Shown here: piece after piece, positions 1-11,277 of the stretch
Layout: each line of letters begins with the position of its first letter
Position numbering within the stretch: position 1 is the first letter of the stretch
Assembly (NCBI GenBank): GCA_963798845.1
Contig: CAWCUS010000004.1
Location: 64,001 to 128,000 of the forward strand
Direction: 5' to 3'
From: an uncultured Gemmatimonadales bacterium
Lineage (GTDB): Bacteria > Gemmatimonadota > Gemmatimonadetes > Longimicrobiales > RSA9
DNA: 64,000 bases
Notes under the pieces: model-generated
The model's input: only the letters and a program-made list of their open reading frames with translations
The model's database searches: none
What the model was told of the DNA's origin: nothing
Program-made: the position numbers and the translations under genes

Positions 1-703
1 GCAGCGCCAGGAAGTCCAGCCTCGGCATCCCCGGGACGATCATCACGTCCAGCAGCCCGTCATCGAGCTCCGCCCGCGGGGTCAGCATGCTCCCGCCGCC
101 GGTCCGCCTGGCGTTGCCAACGGCGAACAGCAGCACCTCCCCTTCGTGGGCCACCCCTTCAGGCCCCTCGAAGCGCGCCATCGCCGGCCGAAGGTCCGAG
201 AACTGTTTCACACCCGTGATCACGTACGCCCACGGCCCGAGCAGCCGCTTCGTCTCCGGTCCCGCCTCCTCCGTCGCCGCCGCGCCGAAGCCCCCGGTCG
301 ACACGTTGACGAAATAGCGCTCGTTCACCCGCCCCACGTCCACCTCCCGAGGGCGACCCCGAAGCGCCACGTCCAGCGCTTCCTCCGGGTCGGCGGGGAT
401 CTCCATCCCCGCAGCGAAGTCGTTCGCGGTTCCCGTGGGGATCAGCCCCACTCGGCCCGGCCACCCCGGCTTCAGCATCAGGCCGTTCACGACCTCGTTC
501 AGCGTTCCATCCCCTCCCGCCGCTACCACCAGGTCCGCTCCCGCACGCGCGCACGCACGCGCCATGCGCACCGCGTCTCCCGTCTCGAACGTCAGGCGCG
601 GCCAGACCTCGTGCCCCGAGGCCCGCAGCGACGCCACGACCGCCCGAAGGCGCTCCAGCCCGTCCATCCCCTCCCGGGGCCGCACGATGAGACCGATCCT
701 CAC
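1..703 (-). CDS. Diacylglycerol/lipid kinase family protein (YegS/DAGK-like), 3' end outside the window
   Basis: Manual minus-strand translation from GTG 703 gives AGGDGTLNEVVNG, PTGTANDFA, YFVNV, VGN..GGG and DDGLLDV motifs. Confidence 0.9.
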   Translation of the reverse strand, partial: MRIGLIVRPREGMDGLERLRAVVASLRASGHEVWPRLTFETGDAVRMARACARAGADLVVAAGGDGTLNEVVNGLMLKPGWPGRVGLIPTGTANDFAAGMEIPADPEEALDVALRGRPREVDVGRVNERYFVNVSTGGFGAAATEEAGPETKRLLGPWAYVITGVKQFSDLRPAMARFEGPEGVAHEGEVLLFAVGNARRTGGGSMLTPRAELDDGLLDVMIVPGMPRLDFLAL

Positions 704-843
704 CCGACGCTACTCTCGCTTCGGTTGCGGTCGCTTTCCGATTCCCCCTCGCCGGTCGCAAGCCACGGGCCGGGCGCACGGCCGCTCGGGGCGGCCCCCG
801 CGTCGCCCCGTTCGGCCCCGCAGTGGCGGACAAAACCACAGGG

Positions 844-873
844 TTGACACCGGGTGGGGCGGATTCCTACGTT
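844..873 (+). promoter_or_regulatory. Putative sigma70 promoter of the mraZ/dcw operon
   Basis: TTGACA at 844-849, 18-nt spacer, TACGTT at 868-873. Confidence 0.65.
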
Positions 874-874
874 G

Positions 875-910
875 GTGGGGATTAGTGGTAGATGGTGGGT
901 GGAAGTGGGG
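875..910 (+). promoter_or_regulatory. MraZ-binding direct repeats
   Basis: GTGG at 875, 885, 895 and 905 (exact 10-bp period) between the promoter and mraZ, matching the known MraZ operator architecture. Confidence 0.8.
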
Positions 911-942
911 AGGAGGACCACGGCGACCCGAGGGGACGGGGC

Positions 943-1374
943 GTGTCGACTTTCCTGGGCAGCTACACGTACGCGCTGGATGAGAAGGGGCGGGTGAGTC
1001 TGCCTGCGCCGTTCCGGCGTGAAGCCGGGGATCACCCATTCGTGCTGCTCCAGGTCTATCCGCCCGCGCTGGCGCTGTATCCGGAATCGGCGTGGCGGGA
1101 GGTGGAGGAGCGCTTGCGGGGTCTGCTGCGCAATGATCCGTCGGCGCGGATGTGGATGCTGCGGATAACGTCGAACGCGGTGGAGGTGTCGCCGGACACG
1201 CAGGGCCGGATCCTGATCCCCTCGAAGCTGCAGGAAGCGGCGAACCTGTCGGGGCAGGTGCTGATGGTGGGCGCCATCGACAAGGTGGAGCTGTGGAACC
1301 CGCCGGACTTCGCCGAGGCGGCGGGTCCGGTCGAGGAGAGGTTCGACCACTACGCCCCCCAGATCTTCCGCTGA
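943..1374 (+). CDS. mraZ: Division/cell wall cluster transcriptional regulator MraZ
   Basis: FLGSY..LDEKGRVSLP and DTQGRILIP repeats; first gene of the dcw cluster; GTG start at 943 chosen. Confidence 0.95.
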   Translation: MSTFLGSYTYALDEKGRVSLPAPFRREAGDHPFVLLQVYPPALALYPESAWREVEERLRGLLRNDPSARMWMLRITSNAVEVSPDTQGRILIPSKLQEAANLSGQVLMVGAIDKVELWNPPDFAEAAGPVEERFDHYAPQIFR

Positions 1375-1404
1375 GGGGCGCATGTCGGACCGGGGAGCGG
1401 CGGA

Positions 1405-2328
1405 ATGAGCGAGCGCTATCACACCCCGGTCCTGGTGAGCCAGGTGGTGGGTTGGCTGGAGCCCCGGCGAGGGGGCGTGTACCTGGATGGGACGCTGGGG
1501 GGTGGTGGTCACGCGGCGGCGATCCTGGAAGCGGGGAGGGAATCGCGGGTGCTGGGGGTGGATCGTGATCCGGAAGCGATCGCGACCGCGACGCGGCTGC
1601 TGGCGGGGTATGGCGAGCGATTCGAGGCGGAGCTGGGGAATTACGCGGACGTGGCGGAACGCCTCGAGTCCGAGCTGGCGGGAGCGCTGCTCGACCTGGG
1701 CGTTTCTTCGCATCAGATCGACGCGCCGGCCCGTGGCTTCAGTTTTCGCGAGGGCAGTCCACTGGACATGCGGATGGCGGGCGGGGTGGGGAATGAGGTG
1801 ACGGCGGCCGAGGTCCTGAACACGTACGAGGAGTCGCGGCTCGTGGAGCTATTCAGGGAATACGGGGAGGAACCGAGGGCGAGCGCGATCGTGCGGCGGG
1901 TAGTGGCGCGGCGGGCGGAATCCCCTTTCGCCACGAGCGACGATCTGAACGAGGTGTTGAAGGCCGTGTACGGCTGGCGTCTCACGCCGCAGGACCAGGC
2001 GCGGGTGTTTCAGGCGCTGCGGATCGAAGTGAACGCCGAGATCGGGGCGCTGGACCGGGGCCTGGAGGCGTTGCGGGAAGCGCTGTCGCCGGAGGGGGTG
2101 CTGGTGGTGATCGCGTACCACTCACTGGAGGACCGGCGGGTGAAGAATGCGTTTCGGGAATGGAGCCGCTCGTGCATATGCCCGCCGGACCTGCCGGTGT
2201 GCCAGTGCCGCGGCCGTCCTCTGGGTGAGCTGCTGACGCGAAAGGTGGTTCGACCGACCCCGGCGGAAGTCGAATCGAACCCCCGCTCGCGGAGCGCGCG
2301 GCTCCGGGCATGGAGGAAGGCGGCATGA
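1405..2328 (+). CDS. rsmH: 16S rRNA m4C1402 methyltransferase RsmH
   Basis: HTPVL, DGTLGGGGHA, DLGVSSHQID, FQALRIEVN, YHSLEDR, NPRSRSARLR. Confidence 0.97.
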   Translation: MSERYHTPVLVSQVVGWLEPRRGGVYLDGTLGGGGHAAAILEAGRESRVLGVDRDPEAIATATRLLAGYGERFEAELGNYADVAERLESELAGALLDLGVSSHQIDAPARGFSFREGSPLDMRMAGGVGNEVTAAEVLNTYEESRLVELFREYGEEPRASAIVRRVVARRAESPFATSDDLNEVLKAVYGWRLTPQDQARVFQALRIEVNAEIGALDRGLEALREALSPEGVLVVIAYHSLEDRRVKNAFREWSRSCICPPDLPVCQCRGRPLGELLTRKVVRPTPAEVESNPRSRSARLRAWRKAA

Positions 2329-2681
2329 AGGCGCGCGAGAGAGGGAGAAAGGGTCCGCCGGTGATCCGGGCGGCGCTGCTGTTCGGGCTGCTCCTGGCGT
2401 CGCTCACGCTGGTGGTCTGGCGCCAGAGCCGGGCGCTGTCGATGCTGCGCGAGCTGGAGGGAGTGCGGCAGGAGCGGGTGCTGGAGGAGGCGCGCCGCGC
2501 GTCGCTGGAGCGGCGAGTGGGGCAGCTGGAAAGCAGGGCGCGGGTTTCGGAGGCGGCGCGGACTCGGTTCGGGATGCGTCTCCCCATGGGGAGCGAGATC
2601 GTGATCCTGCCGCTGCGCGAGCCGGCGCGATCGGCGCTGGCCGTGGGCGGCGCTGCGTCGAAGGAGGGTAGCGCCGGGTGA
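2325..2681 (+). CDS. ftsL: Cell division protein FtsL-like
   Basis: Single TM helix followed by a coiled coil, located between rsmH and ftsI; ATGA overlap with rsmH. Confidence 0.75.
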   Translation: MKARERGRKGPPVIRAALLFGLLLASLTLVVWRQSRALSMLRELEGVRQERVLEEARRASLERRVGQLESRARVSEAARTRFGMRLPMGSEIVILPLREPARSALAVGGAASKEGSAG

Positions 2682-4642
2682 CGCAGCACGGTGCGTTGCA
2701 CGTTCGCCGTCGTCGACTCCTGCTGGGGGTCCTCGTGGGTGGCGCATTCGTGCTCCTGGGCCGGGCCTTCCAGGTCCAGGTGCTGGAGACGTCGGAGTGG
2801 CAGGCGCGGGCGGTCCGACAGCAGCGGGACAAGGTCCCCCTGCCGGCGGAGCGCGGCACGATCTACGACCGCAACGGTGTGCCGCTCGCGGCCACGCGGG
2901 AAATGGTGCGAGTGGCGGTGGCCCCGCGGGAGGTCCAGGACCGCGAGGAGACGGGTCGTCGCCTGCAGGAGACGCTGGGGCTGAGCCGGGCAGGAGTGCG
3001 GCGGGCGCTGGATCGCAGCCGTCGCTGGGTGGTGATTCCAGGCGTATTCGAGCCGCCCGTGCGGGCGTCGCTGGACCCGCTCCGGGGCGTGTACCTCGAG
3101 CGGGTCCTCGAGCGTTTCCGTCCTCACGGCGATGTGGCGTTGGAGCTCCTGGGCCGGACCACGGCGGACGGGCGTCCGCTGGGTGGTCTGGAGCTGGCGC
3201 TCGACTCGATCCTCCGGGGGGAGGCCGGTACCGCGGTGGTGCGGCGGGCCGCGGGCGGCGAGCCGATCCCGGGCGCGCTGGTGCCCGTGAAGAAGCCGCG
3301 GCCGGGGCGCAGCGTCTATCTCACGCTGGACATGGGCCTCCAGGAGATCGCGGAGGAGGCGCTGAAACAGGCGCTTGCGGAGAACGACGCGTCCGGCGGC
3401 GACCTCATGTTCGCCGACCCGCGCACGGGTGAGGTGCTGGCGGCGGCGAGCCAGCGCCGGGACGGAAGCCGGGTGTGGCGCGGCGTGACGGACCCGTACG
3501 AGCCGGGCTCGACGATGAAGCCATTCGTCATGTCGGCGCTGCTGTCGCGCGGCAAGGTGGCGCTCACGGACTCGGTGTTCGCGGAGCACGGCCGCTACCA
3601 GATGGGGTCGCGCACGATCTCCGACGTGGAGGACCTCGGCTGGCTGACGGCGGCGGAAGTGCTGAAGCACTCGTCGAACATCGGCATGACGAAGCTGTCG
3701 ACGCGGCTGAAGCCGGGCGAGCAGTACGCGACGCTGCGCGACTTCGGCTTCGGAACGCCCACCGGAATCCAGTACCCGTCGGAGTCCAGCGGGCGCCTGG
3801 AGCGGCCCGACCGCTGGTCCGGCTATTCGCAGGCCAGCATGGCGATGGGCTACGAGGTCTCCGTCACGCCGCTCCAGATCACCATGGCGTACGGTGCCCT
3901 CGCGAACGGCGGACGGCTCATGGAGCCACGGCTGGTGCGGGAAGTCCGGGATCCGGCGGGCAAGGTCCTGTTCCGGTTCGAGGCGCACGAGGTGCGGCGC
4001 GTCGTGGACGAGCAGACTGCGTCACAGGTGGCGGGGGTGCTCGCGGACGTGGTGGAGGAGGGCACCGGTCGGCGCGCCGGGCTGGGTGACTTCCATGTGG
4101 CCGGAAAGACGGGAACGGCCCGCGTGTTCGAGAACGGGCATTACCGCCACGACGAGTTCACTGCCTCGTTCGCGGGCTTCTTCCCCGCACGAGATCCGCA
4201 GCTGGTCTTCCTGGTCAAGCTGGACCGCGGCAGGGCCTACGGCGGCGCTGTGGCCGCCCCCGTGACCCGGTCGATGCTGTCGGCGGCGCTCGCGGCGCGG
4301 ACCACTCCGCTGGACCGGTCGGCGGTGGCGTCGGCGCTGCCCGATGCGGAGACGCCCGCGGGAACGCTCGCCGGGTGGAACGGGCCGTGGCCGGCCGCGG
4401 CCTCGGGGCCGTTCGTATTCCGGACGAAGGCAGGGCCGCCGCGGCGAGCGCCGGAGCCGGACGCGCTGCGCGTCCCCGATGTGCGGGGTGAGAGCGTCCG
4501 TGACGCGGCGATGCGGCTGCACCTGGCGGGGTTCCGCGTGGCCGTGGAGGGTTCCGGGCGAGTGTCGAAGGTGACGCCGGGACCTGGATCGGTGGCCGGG
4601 TGGGGGGACGTCGTGCGGCTGACGCTGGCGGGGTCGCGGTGA
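2678..4642 (+). CDS. ftsI: Septal transpeptidase PBP3/FtsI with C-terminal PASTA-like domain
   Basis: RGTIYDRNG, YEPGSTMK (SxxK), SSN, KTGT. Confidence 0.95.
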   Translation: MTQHGALHVRRRRLLLGVLVGGAFVLLGRAFQVQVLETSEWQARAVRQQRDKVPLPAERGTIYDRNGVPLAATREMVRVAVAPREVQDREETGRRLQETLGLSRAGVRRALDRSRRWVVIPGVFEPPVRASLDPLRGVYLERVLERFRPHGDVALELLGRTTADGRPLGGLELALDSILRGEAGTAVVRRAAGGEPIPGALVPVKKPRPGRSVYLTLDMGLQEIAEEALKQALAENDASGGDLMFADPRTGEVLAAASQRRDGSRVWRGVTDPYEPGSTMKPFVMSALLSRGKVALTDSVFAEHGRYQMGSRTISDVEDLGWLTAAEVLKHSSNIGMTKLSTRLKPGEQYATLRDFGFGTPTGIQYPSESSGRLERPDRWSGYSQASMAMGYEVSVTPLQITMAYGALANGGRLMEPRLVREVRDPAGKVLFRFEAHEVRRVVDEQTASQVAGVLADVVEEGTGRRAGLGDFHVAGKTGTARVFENGHYRHDEFTASFAGFFPARDPQLVFLVKLDRGRAYGGAVAAPVTRSMLSAALAARTTPLDRSAVASALPDAETPAGTLAGWNGPWPAAASGPFVFRTKAGPPRRAPEPDALRVPDVRGESVRDAAMRLHLAGFRVAVEGSGRVSKVTPGPGSVAGWGDVVRLTLAGSR

Positions 4643-6144
4643 TGGAGCCGCGCGCCCCGTCGCCGGTCCGCCTGGCGCAGGTGATCGAGCGTCTCGTGTC
4701 CGAGGGGCTGGTCGAGGACGCGGCGGTGGACGACACCGTGCTCGATGGCGTCACGGCCGACAGCCGCGCGGTGCTTCCCGGCGACCTTTTCTGCGCCTGG
4801 GCCGGCATGGCGACGGATGCCCACGACTTCGTGGCGAACGCCGCGGAGGCGGGTGCTGCCGCGGCGCTGGTCGAGCGTCCGACGGACGCGCCGCTCCCGC
4901 AGGTGCTGGTGAGCAACGGCCGCCACGCCGCCGCAGTCGCCGCGGACGAGATCATGGGGAGGCCGACACGGGACCTGGTGCTCGCAGGAGTGACGGGAAC
5001 CAACGGCAAGACCACCACCGTGTGGATCCTGCGCCACATCCTTTCCGCGCGCTGGGCCACCGGCTCGCTCGGCACGGTGGGGGCGGTGCTGGAGGCTGGC
5101 ATCCCGCTGCCGGGGCGGGAGGGGCTCACCACGCCGGGACCTGTGGAGATGGCGAAGACCATGAGGCGGTTCGTGGCCCACGGCACCGAGGCGGTGGCCA
5201 TGGAAGTCTCGTCCCATGCGCTCGACCAGAGCCGCGTCCAGGCGCTGCGCTTCGCGGCCGCGGTCTTCACCAATCTCACGCGCGACCACCTCGACTATCA
5301 CGGCTCGCTGGAGCGCTACCGGGCGACCAAGCGCGAGTTCGTCGAGCTTCTGGCTGCCGACGGCGTCGCGGTGATCAACGCCGACGACCCCGCCTGGGAC
5401 GGCCTGGAACGCCGGGCCCCGCGCGCGCTGCGCTTCTCGGTGGAGGGCGGCCGAGGCGAGGCCGTGGCGGACGTCGTGGCGCGCAACGTCGACATCTCGG
5501 TGGCGGGAACGAGCTTCGAGCTGCACACGCCGCGCGGCCATGGGCGCGTGGAGCTTCCGCTCCTGGGGGCGTACAACGTGCAGAATGCCAGTGCTGCCGC
5601 CACGGCCGCGCTCGGTCTCGGGCTCGAGCTCGAAGAGGTGGTCCGTTCGCTGGCGGAAGCGCCGCAGGTGACGGGTCGCCTGGAGCAGGTGGCGGAGCGT
5701 CCCTGCCGCGTCGTCACGGACTACGCCCACACTCCGGATGCTCTCGAGCGGGTCCTGGGCGCGCTGACGGCGCTTCGTCCAGCGCGGATCATCCTCGTCT
5801 TCGGCGCCGGCGGCGATCGCGACCGTGGCAAGCGGCCGCTCATGGGCGAAGTCGCGTCGCGTCTGGCGGACGTGGTGGTGGTCACGTCGGACAATCCGCG
5901 CACTGAAGATCCCGACGCGATCATAGACGAGATCATGGCCGGTATCGACCGGGACAATGTGGTCCGGGTGACCGATCGGCGGGAAGCGATCGGGCGGGCG
6001 CTGGGCATGGCGGAGCCCGGAGACGTGGTCCTGCTCGCGGGGAAGGGCCACGAGACGTACCAGGTGGTCGGCACGCGAACCGTTCCGTTCGACGAGCGGC
6101 GGATCGTGGCCGAGTGGAACGAGCAGGAGAGCGGGACGCGATGA
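4642..6144 (+). CDS. murE: UDP-MurNAc-dipeptide:meso-DAP ligase
   Basis: GVTGTNGKTT, MEVSSHAL, DYAHTPD, DNPR (mDAP specificity), AGKGHE. Confidence 0.96.
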   Translation: MEPRAPSPVRLAQVIERLVSEGLVEDAAVDDTVLDGVTADSRAVLPGDLFCAWAGMATDAHDFVANAAEAGAAAALVERPTDAPLPQVLVSNGRHAAAVAADEIMGRPTRDLVLAGVTGTNGKTTTVWILRHILSARWATGSLGTVGAVLEAGIPLPGREGLTTPGPVEMAKTMRRFVAHGTEAVAMEVSSHALDQSRVQALRFAAAVFTNLTRDHLDYHGSLERYRATKREFVELLAADGVAVINADDPAWDGLERRAPRALRFSVEGGRGEAVADVVARNVDISVAGTSFELHTPRGHGRVELPLLGAYNVQNASAAATAALGLGLELEEVVRSLAEAPQVTGRLEQVAERPCRVVTDYAHTPDALERVLGALTALRPARIILVFGAGGDRDRGKRPLMGEVASRLADVVVVTSDNPRTEDPDAIIDEIMAGIDRDNVVRVTDRREAIGRALGMAEPGDVVLLAGKGHETYQVVGTRTVPFDERRIVAEWNEQESGTR

Positions 6145-7553
6145 GTGAATGGACGGAGCACGAGGTCATGGCCGCGTTGAGGCTCGCGGTGCCGATGGAC
6201 GTCGGCAACGGCCGACGTCCATCGGTCTCCGAGTTCACGGGTGTGAGCACCGACACGCGCTCGATCGAGAATGGCGCGCTGTTCGTAGCGCTCCGGGGGG
6301 ACCGCTTCGATGGCCACGGATTCCTCGCCGAAGCGGCGAAGCGGGGGGCGATGGCAGCGGTGGTGGACACCGTTCCCGACGACGCGCCGCCGCTCCGCTA
6401 CTACCAGGTCCCCGACACGCTCCTGGCCCTCGGCCGTCTCGGGCGCTTCCAGCGGCGCAAGCTGGGCGCGCGTGTGGTGGCCATCACCGGCACCAACGGG
6501 AAGACAACGACGAAGGAGATGACGCGGGCGGTCCTGCGAACCCGCTATGTCACCCACGCCACCGAAGCCAACCTGAACAACCTGGTGGGCGCGCCCCTGA
6601 CGCTGCTGGCCGCGCCGGATCGCACGGAAGCGCTGGTGGTGGAGATCGGAACGAACGCGCCCGGCGAGATCGCGCGCCTGGCGGAGATCGTGGAGCCGGA
6701 CGTGGCCGTGATCACCGCCGTGGCCGAGGGGCATCTCGAGGGCTTCGGCACCGTGGAGGGCGTACTGCGCGAGAAGACCTCGCTCCTGTCGCGGCTCCGC
6801 CCGGATGGCGTCGCGCTGGTGTCCGATGAGCCGTCGTCGCTCCCGGACCGCGCCCATTCCCTTGCCCGTCGCGTGCGCGTCGCCGGGTGGACCGGGCGCG
6901 CGGATGAGGGCCTGCGCGCGGCCGACCTGCGGATCGACGACCAGGGCCGTGTCACCTTCACGTGGCAGGAGCGGGACGTACGCATTCCCTTCGGCGGCCG
7001 TGCCCACGCACGCAACGCGCTGCTGGCTCTGGCGGTGGGGCTGGAATGGGGTGTGGACCCGGACGCCGCGGTGCAGGCGCTGGCGACGCTGCCCGCCCCG
7101 AAGATGCGCGGCGAGATCCGCCGGATCGGCGACCTGGCCGTGATCGCCGACTGCTACAACGCGAACCCGGCGAGCCTGTCCGCAGCGCTGGACACGCTGG
7201 TTCACATGCCGCGGCAGCGGGGTCGGGTGGTGGTGGTGGGCTCCATGCTGGAGCTCGGCGCGCAGAGCGTGGCGCTGCACCGCGAGTCCGCGCGTCGGAT
7301 CGTGGAGGCGGACGTGGACCTGGTGGTGGCCACGGGGCTGTTCGTGCCGGCGTTCCGGGAGGTGGGCGGCGGGCTCGGCGATCGGCTCGTGCTCGCGGAG
7401 GAGCTGGACGAGGCCGCCGATGCGCTGGCTTCACGGCTCCGCGGGACCGAGGTCGTGCTCCTGAAGGGCTCGCGCGGCGTGGCGCTGGAGCGACTGCTGC
7501 CCGGGCTGGAGGCCGCGTTCGGAGACGCACCCCCATCGCAGAGCGAGGTCTGA
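6141..7553 (+). CDS. murF: UDP-MurNAc-tripeptide:D-Ala-D-Ala ligase
   Basis: STDTR, FDGHGF, ITGTNGKTTTKE, DCYNANP, LKGSRG. Confidence 0.96.
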   Translation: MSEWTEHEVMAALRLAVPMDVGNGRRPSVSEFTGVSTDTRSIENGALFVALRGDRFDGHGFLAEAAKRGAMAAVVDTVPDDAPPLRYYQVPDTLLALGRLGRFQRRKLGARVVAITGTNGKTTTKEMTRAVLRTRYVTHATEANLNNLVGAPLTLLAAPDRTEALVVEIGTNAPGEIARLAEIVEPDVAVITAVAEGHLEGFGTVEGVLREKTSLLSRLRPDGVALVSDEPSSLPDRAHSLARRVRVAGWTGRADEGLRAADLRIDDQGRVTFTWQERDVRIPFGGRAHARNALLALAVGLEWGVDPDAAVQALATLPAPKMRGEIRRIGDLAVIADCYNANPASLSAALDTLVHMPRQRGRVVVVGSMLELGAQSVALHRESARRIVEADVDLVVATGLFVPAFREVGGGLGDRLVLAEELDEAADALASRLRGTEVVLLKGSRGVALERLLPGLEAAFGDAPPSQSEV

Positions 7554-7557
7554 TCGG

Positions 7558-8661
7558 ATGCTCTACCACTTCCTGGCCCCTCTCGCCGAGCACCACATCG
7601 CCTTCAATCTCTTCCGCTACATCACCTTCCGGGCGGCCGGGTCGATGGCGACGGCGCTCGTCCTCTCCTTCCTCCTCGGCCCGTGGATCATCGGACGCCT
7701 GCGCTCGCTGCGCGTGGGGCAGGTGGTGCGCCAGGAAGGGCCCTCCGAACACCTGAGCAAGGCCGGCACGCCCACCATGGGCGGCGTCCTGATCATCACC
7801 GCCACGACGGTCTCGACGCTCCTTTGGGCGAACCTCGCGTCGTGGAACGTCATCCTGTGCCTGGTGGCGTTGCTCTGGACCGGAGCGCTCGGGTTCCTCG
7901 ACGACTACCTCAAGGTGGTGCGCCGCCGGACCGAGGGTCTCGTGGGCAAGTACAAGCTGGTGGGACAGGGGCTCATCGGCTTGCTGCTCGCCCTGGCGCT
8001 GCTCTTCCTCCCGGTGCTGCGCAACCCGACGTGGACCATGGTGCCCTTCTTCGCAGACTGGCACCTCTCCTTCCTTCCCTGGGCCTTCGTCGCCTGGGTG
8101 ATGCTCGTCATGGCCGGCAGCTCGAACGCGGTCAACCTGAGCGACGGGCTGGACGGCCTGGCCGCCGGGCTCGCCGCCATCGCCGCCGCCACGTTCGCCG
8201 TGTTCGCGTACGTCATCGGGCGCGTGGACACCTCCGCGTACCTGGGCCTCATGTACATCCCCGGCGCGGGTGAGCTGACGATCTTCTGCGTCGCCGTCGC
8301 GGGCGCGGCGCTCGGGTTCCTCTGGTTCAACGCGCACCCCGCGGACGTGTTCATGGGCGACACCGGGTCGCTGGCGCTGGGCGGCGGGATCGGCGCGGCC
8401 GCGATCCTCCTGAAGATGGAGCTGCTCCTGGTTCTGGTGGGGGGCGTGTTCGTGCTCGAGGCGCTGAGCGTCATCGGGCAGGTCGGATACTTCAAGTACA
8501 GCGTACGGCGCTATGGCGAGGGCCGGCGCCTCCTCCGCATGGCTCCGCTTCACCACCACTTCGAGCAGCGGGGCTGGGCGGAGAGCAAGGTGATCATCCG
8601 CTTCTGGATCCTCGGGGTCCTGTGCGCGCTCATGGCCTTCAGCACCCTGAAGATCCGGTGA
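7558..8661 (+). CDS. mraY: Phospho-MurNAc-pentapeptide transferase
   Basis: KAGTPTMGG, DDYLK, NAVNLSDGLDGL, FMGDTGS, MAPLHHHFE. Confidence 0.98.
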   Translation: MLYHFLAPLAEHHIAFNLFRYITFRAAGSMATALVLSFLLGPWIIGRLRSLRVGQVVRQEGPSEHLSKAGTPTMGGVLIITATTVSTLLWANLASWNVILCLVALLWTGALGFLDDYLKVVRRRTEGLVGKYKLVGQGLIGLLLALALLFLPVLRNPTWTMVPFFADWHLSFLPWAFVAWVMLVMAGSSNAVNLSDGLDGLAAGLAAIAAATFAVFAYVIGRVDTSAYLGLMYIPGAGELTIFCVAVAGAALGFLWFNAHPADVFMGDTGSLALGGGIGAAAILLKMELLLVLVGGVFVLEALSVIGQVGYFKYSVRRYGEGRRLLRMAPLHHHFEQRGWAESKVIIRFWILGVLCALMAFSTLKIR

Positions 8662-10032
8662 CGGCGCCCCGGCGGATCGGTGTGCTCGGCCTGGCGCGCA
8701 GCGGGCGTGCGGCCGCACGGCTGGCGCTCGCGTCCGGGATGTCCGTGTACGCGTCCGACTCGGGGGACAGTAGCGAGCTGCGCGAGGCCGTGGCTGAGAT
8801 CCGGAGGCTGGGCGGAGAGGCGCAGACGGGCGGCCACGACGTGGCCGAGCTGGCGTCGTGCGACCTGATGGTGGTGAGCCCGGGGATACCGTCCACCGCC
8901 CCCGTGCTCTCGGATCCGGAGCTGGCGGGAGTGCCGGCGACGAGCGAGCTGGAGTTCGCGTTCCGGCACCTGAGGGCGCCGGTCGTCGCGGTGACGGGGA
9001 CGAACGGCAAGAGCACGGTCACGGCGTGGATCGCGCACCTCCTCCAGGTGGCGGGGCTGGACGCGCCGGCGGCGGGAAACATCGGCGTGCCGCTGAGCGA
9101 CATCGTTCTGCGCGCCCCACGGCCCGACTGGGTGGTGGTGGAAGCGAGCTCCTATCAGCTCGGGCGGATCGACACGTTCGCCCCGCGGGTGGGGGTGGTG
9201 ACCAACCTCTCGCCGGACCACCTGGACCGGTATCCGGACGTGGCGAGCTACTACGCCGACAAGGCGCACCTGTTCGACAACGCGACGAGCGACAGCACGT
9301 GGGTCCTGAACGCGGAGGACCCGGAGGTGCTCGCGCTGGCCGGCGATGCACCAGGGCGCCGGCTTCGGTTCCGCATCGCTTCACCGCCCGGGACCGGAGA
9401 AGAGGGCGCGTGGCTGGAGGGTGACGGTCGCTTGATGGTGCGAGTGGCGGGGAAGGACGAGGCCCTTGTCCGAGAGGACGAGCTTCGGCTGCTGGGAGGT
9501 CACAACCGCGCCAACGCTCTGGCCGCCGCCCTCGCGGCGAACGCGGTCATCGGGGGTGTGGTTGCCCTGCGCGACGGCCTTCGATCCTTCCCCCCGCTCC
9601 GGCATCGCCTGGAGCCGATCGGAGAGGTCGGGGGCGTGCTCTGGGTGGACGACTCCAAGGCGACGAACGTGGCGTCCGCCCGCGTCGCCATCGAGAGCAT
9701 GGACAGGCCCGCCGTGGTGCTTCTCGGCGGTCGCCACAAGGGTGAGCCGTACACATTGCTGGCGGGCGCCCTGGCGGACCATGGCCGAGCGGTGGTCGCG
9801 TTCGGGGAAGCGGCGGACCGGATCGTCACCGACCTGGGCGGGGGTCTCCCGGTGGAGAAGGTCGGCGGCGGCTTCCGCGACGTGATCCGTTCCGCAGCGG
9901 CGCTGGCGAAGCCCGGCGACGCGGTCCTGCTTGCGCCCGCGTGCGCCAGCTTCGACATGTTCCGCGACTACGAGGAGCGCGGCCGCCAGTTCGCCGAGCT
10001 CGTCGACGAGCTGCGCGGCGCGGAGGCGCAAC

Positions 10033-10040
<8 letters not shown>
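8658..10040 (+). CDS. murD: UDP-MurNAc-L-Ala:D-Glu ligase
   Basis: GLARSG, TGTNGKST, EASSYQL, DDSKATN, PACASFDMF. Confidence 0.96.
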
Positions 10041-11273
<1,233 letters not shown>

Positions 11274-11277
<4 letters not shown>

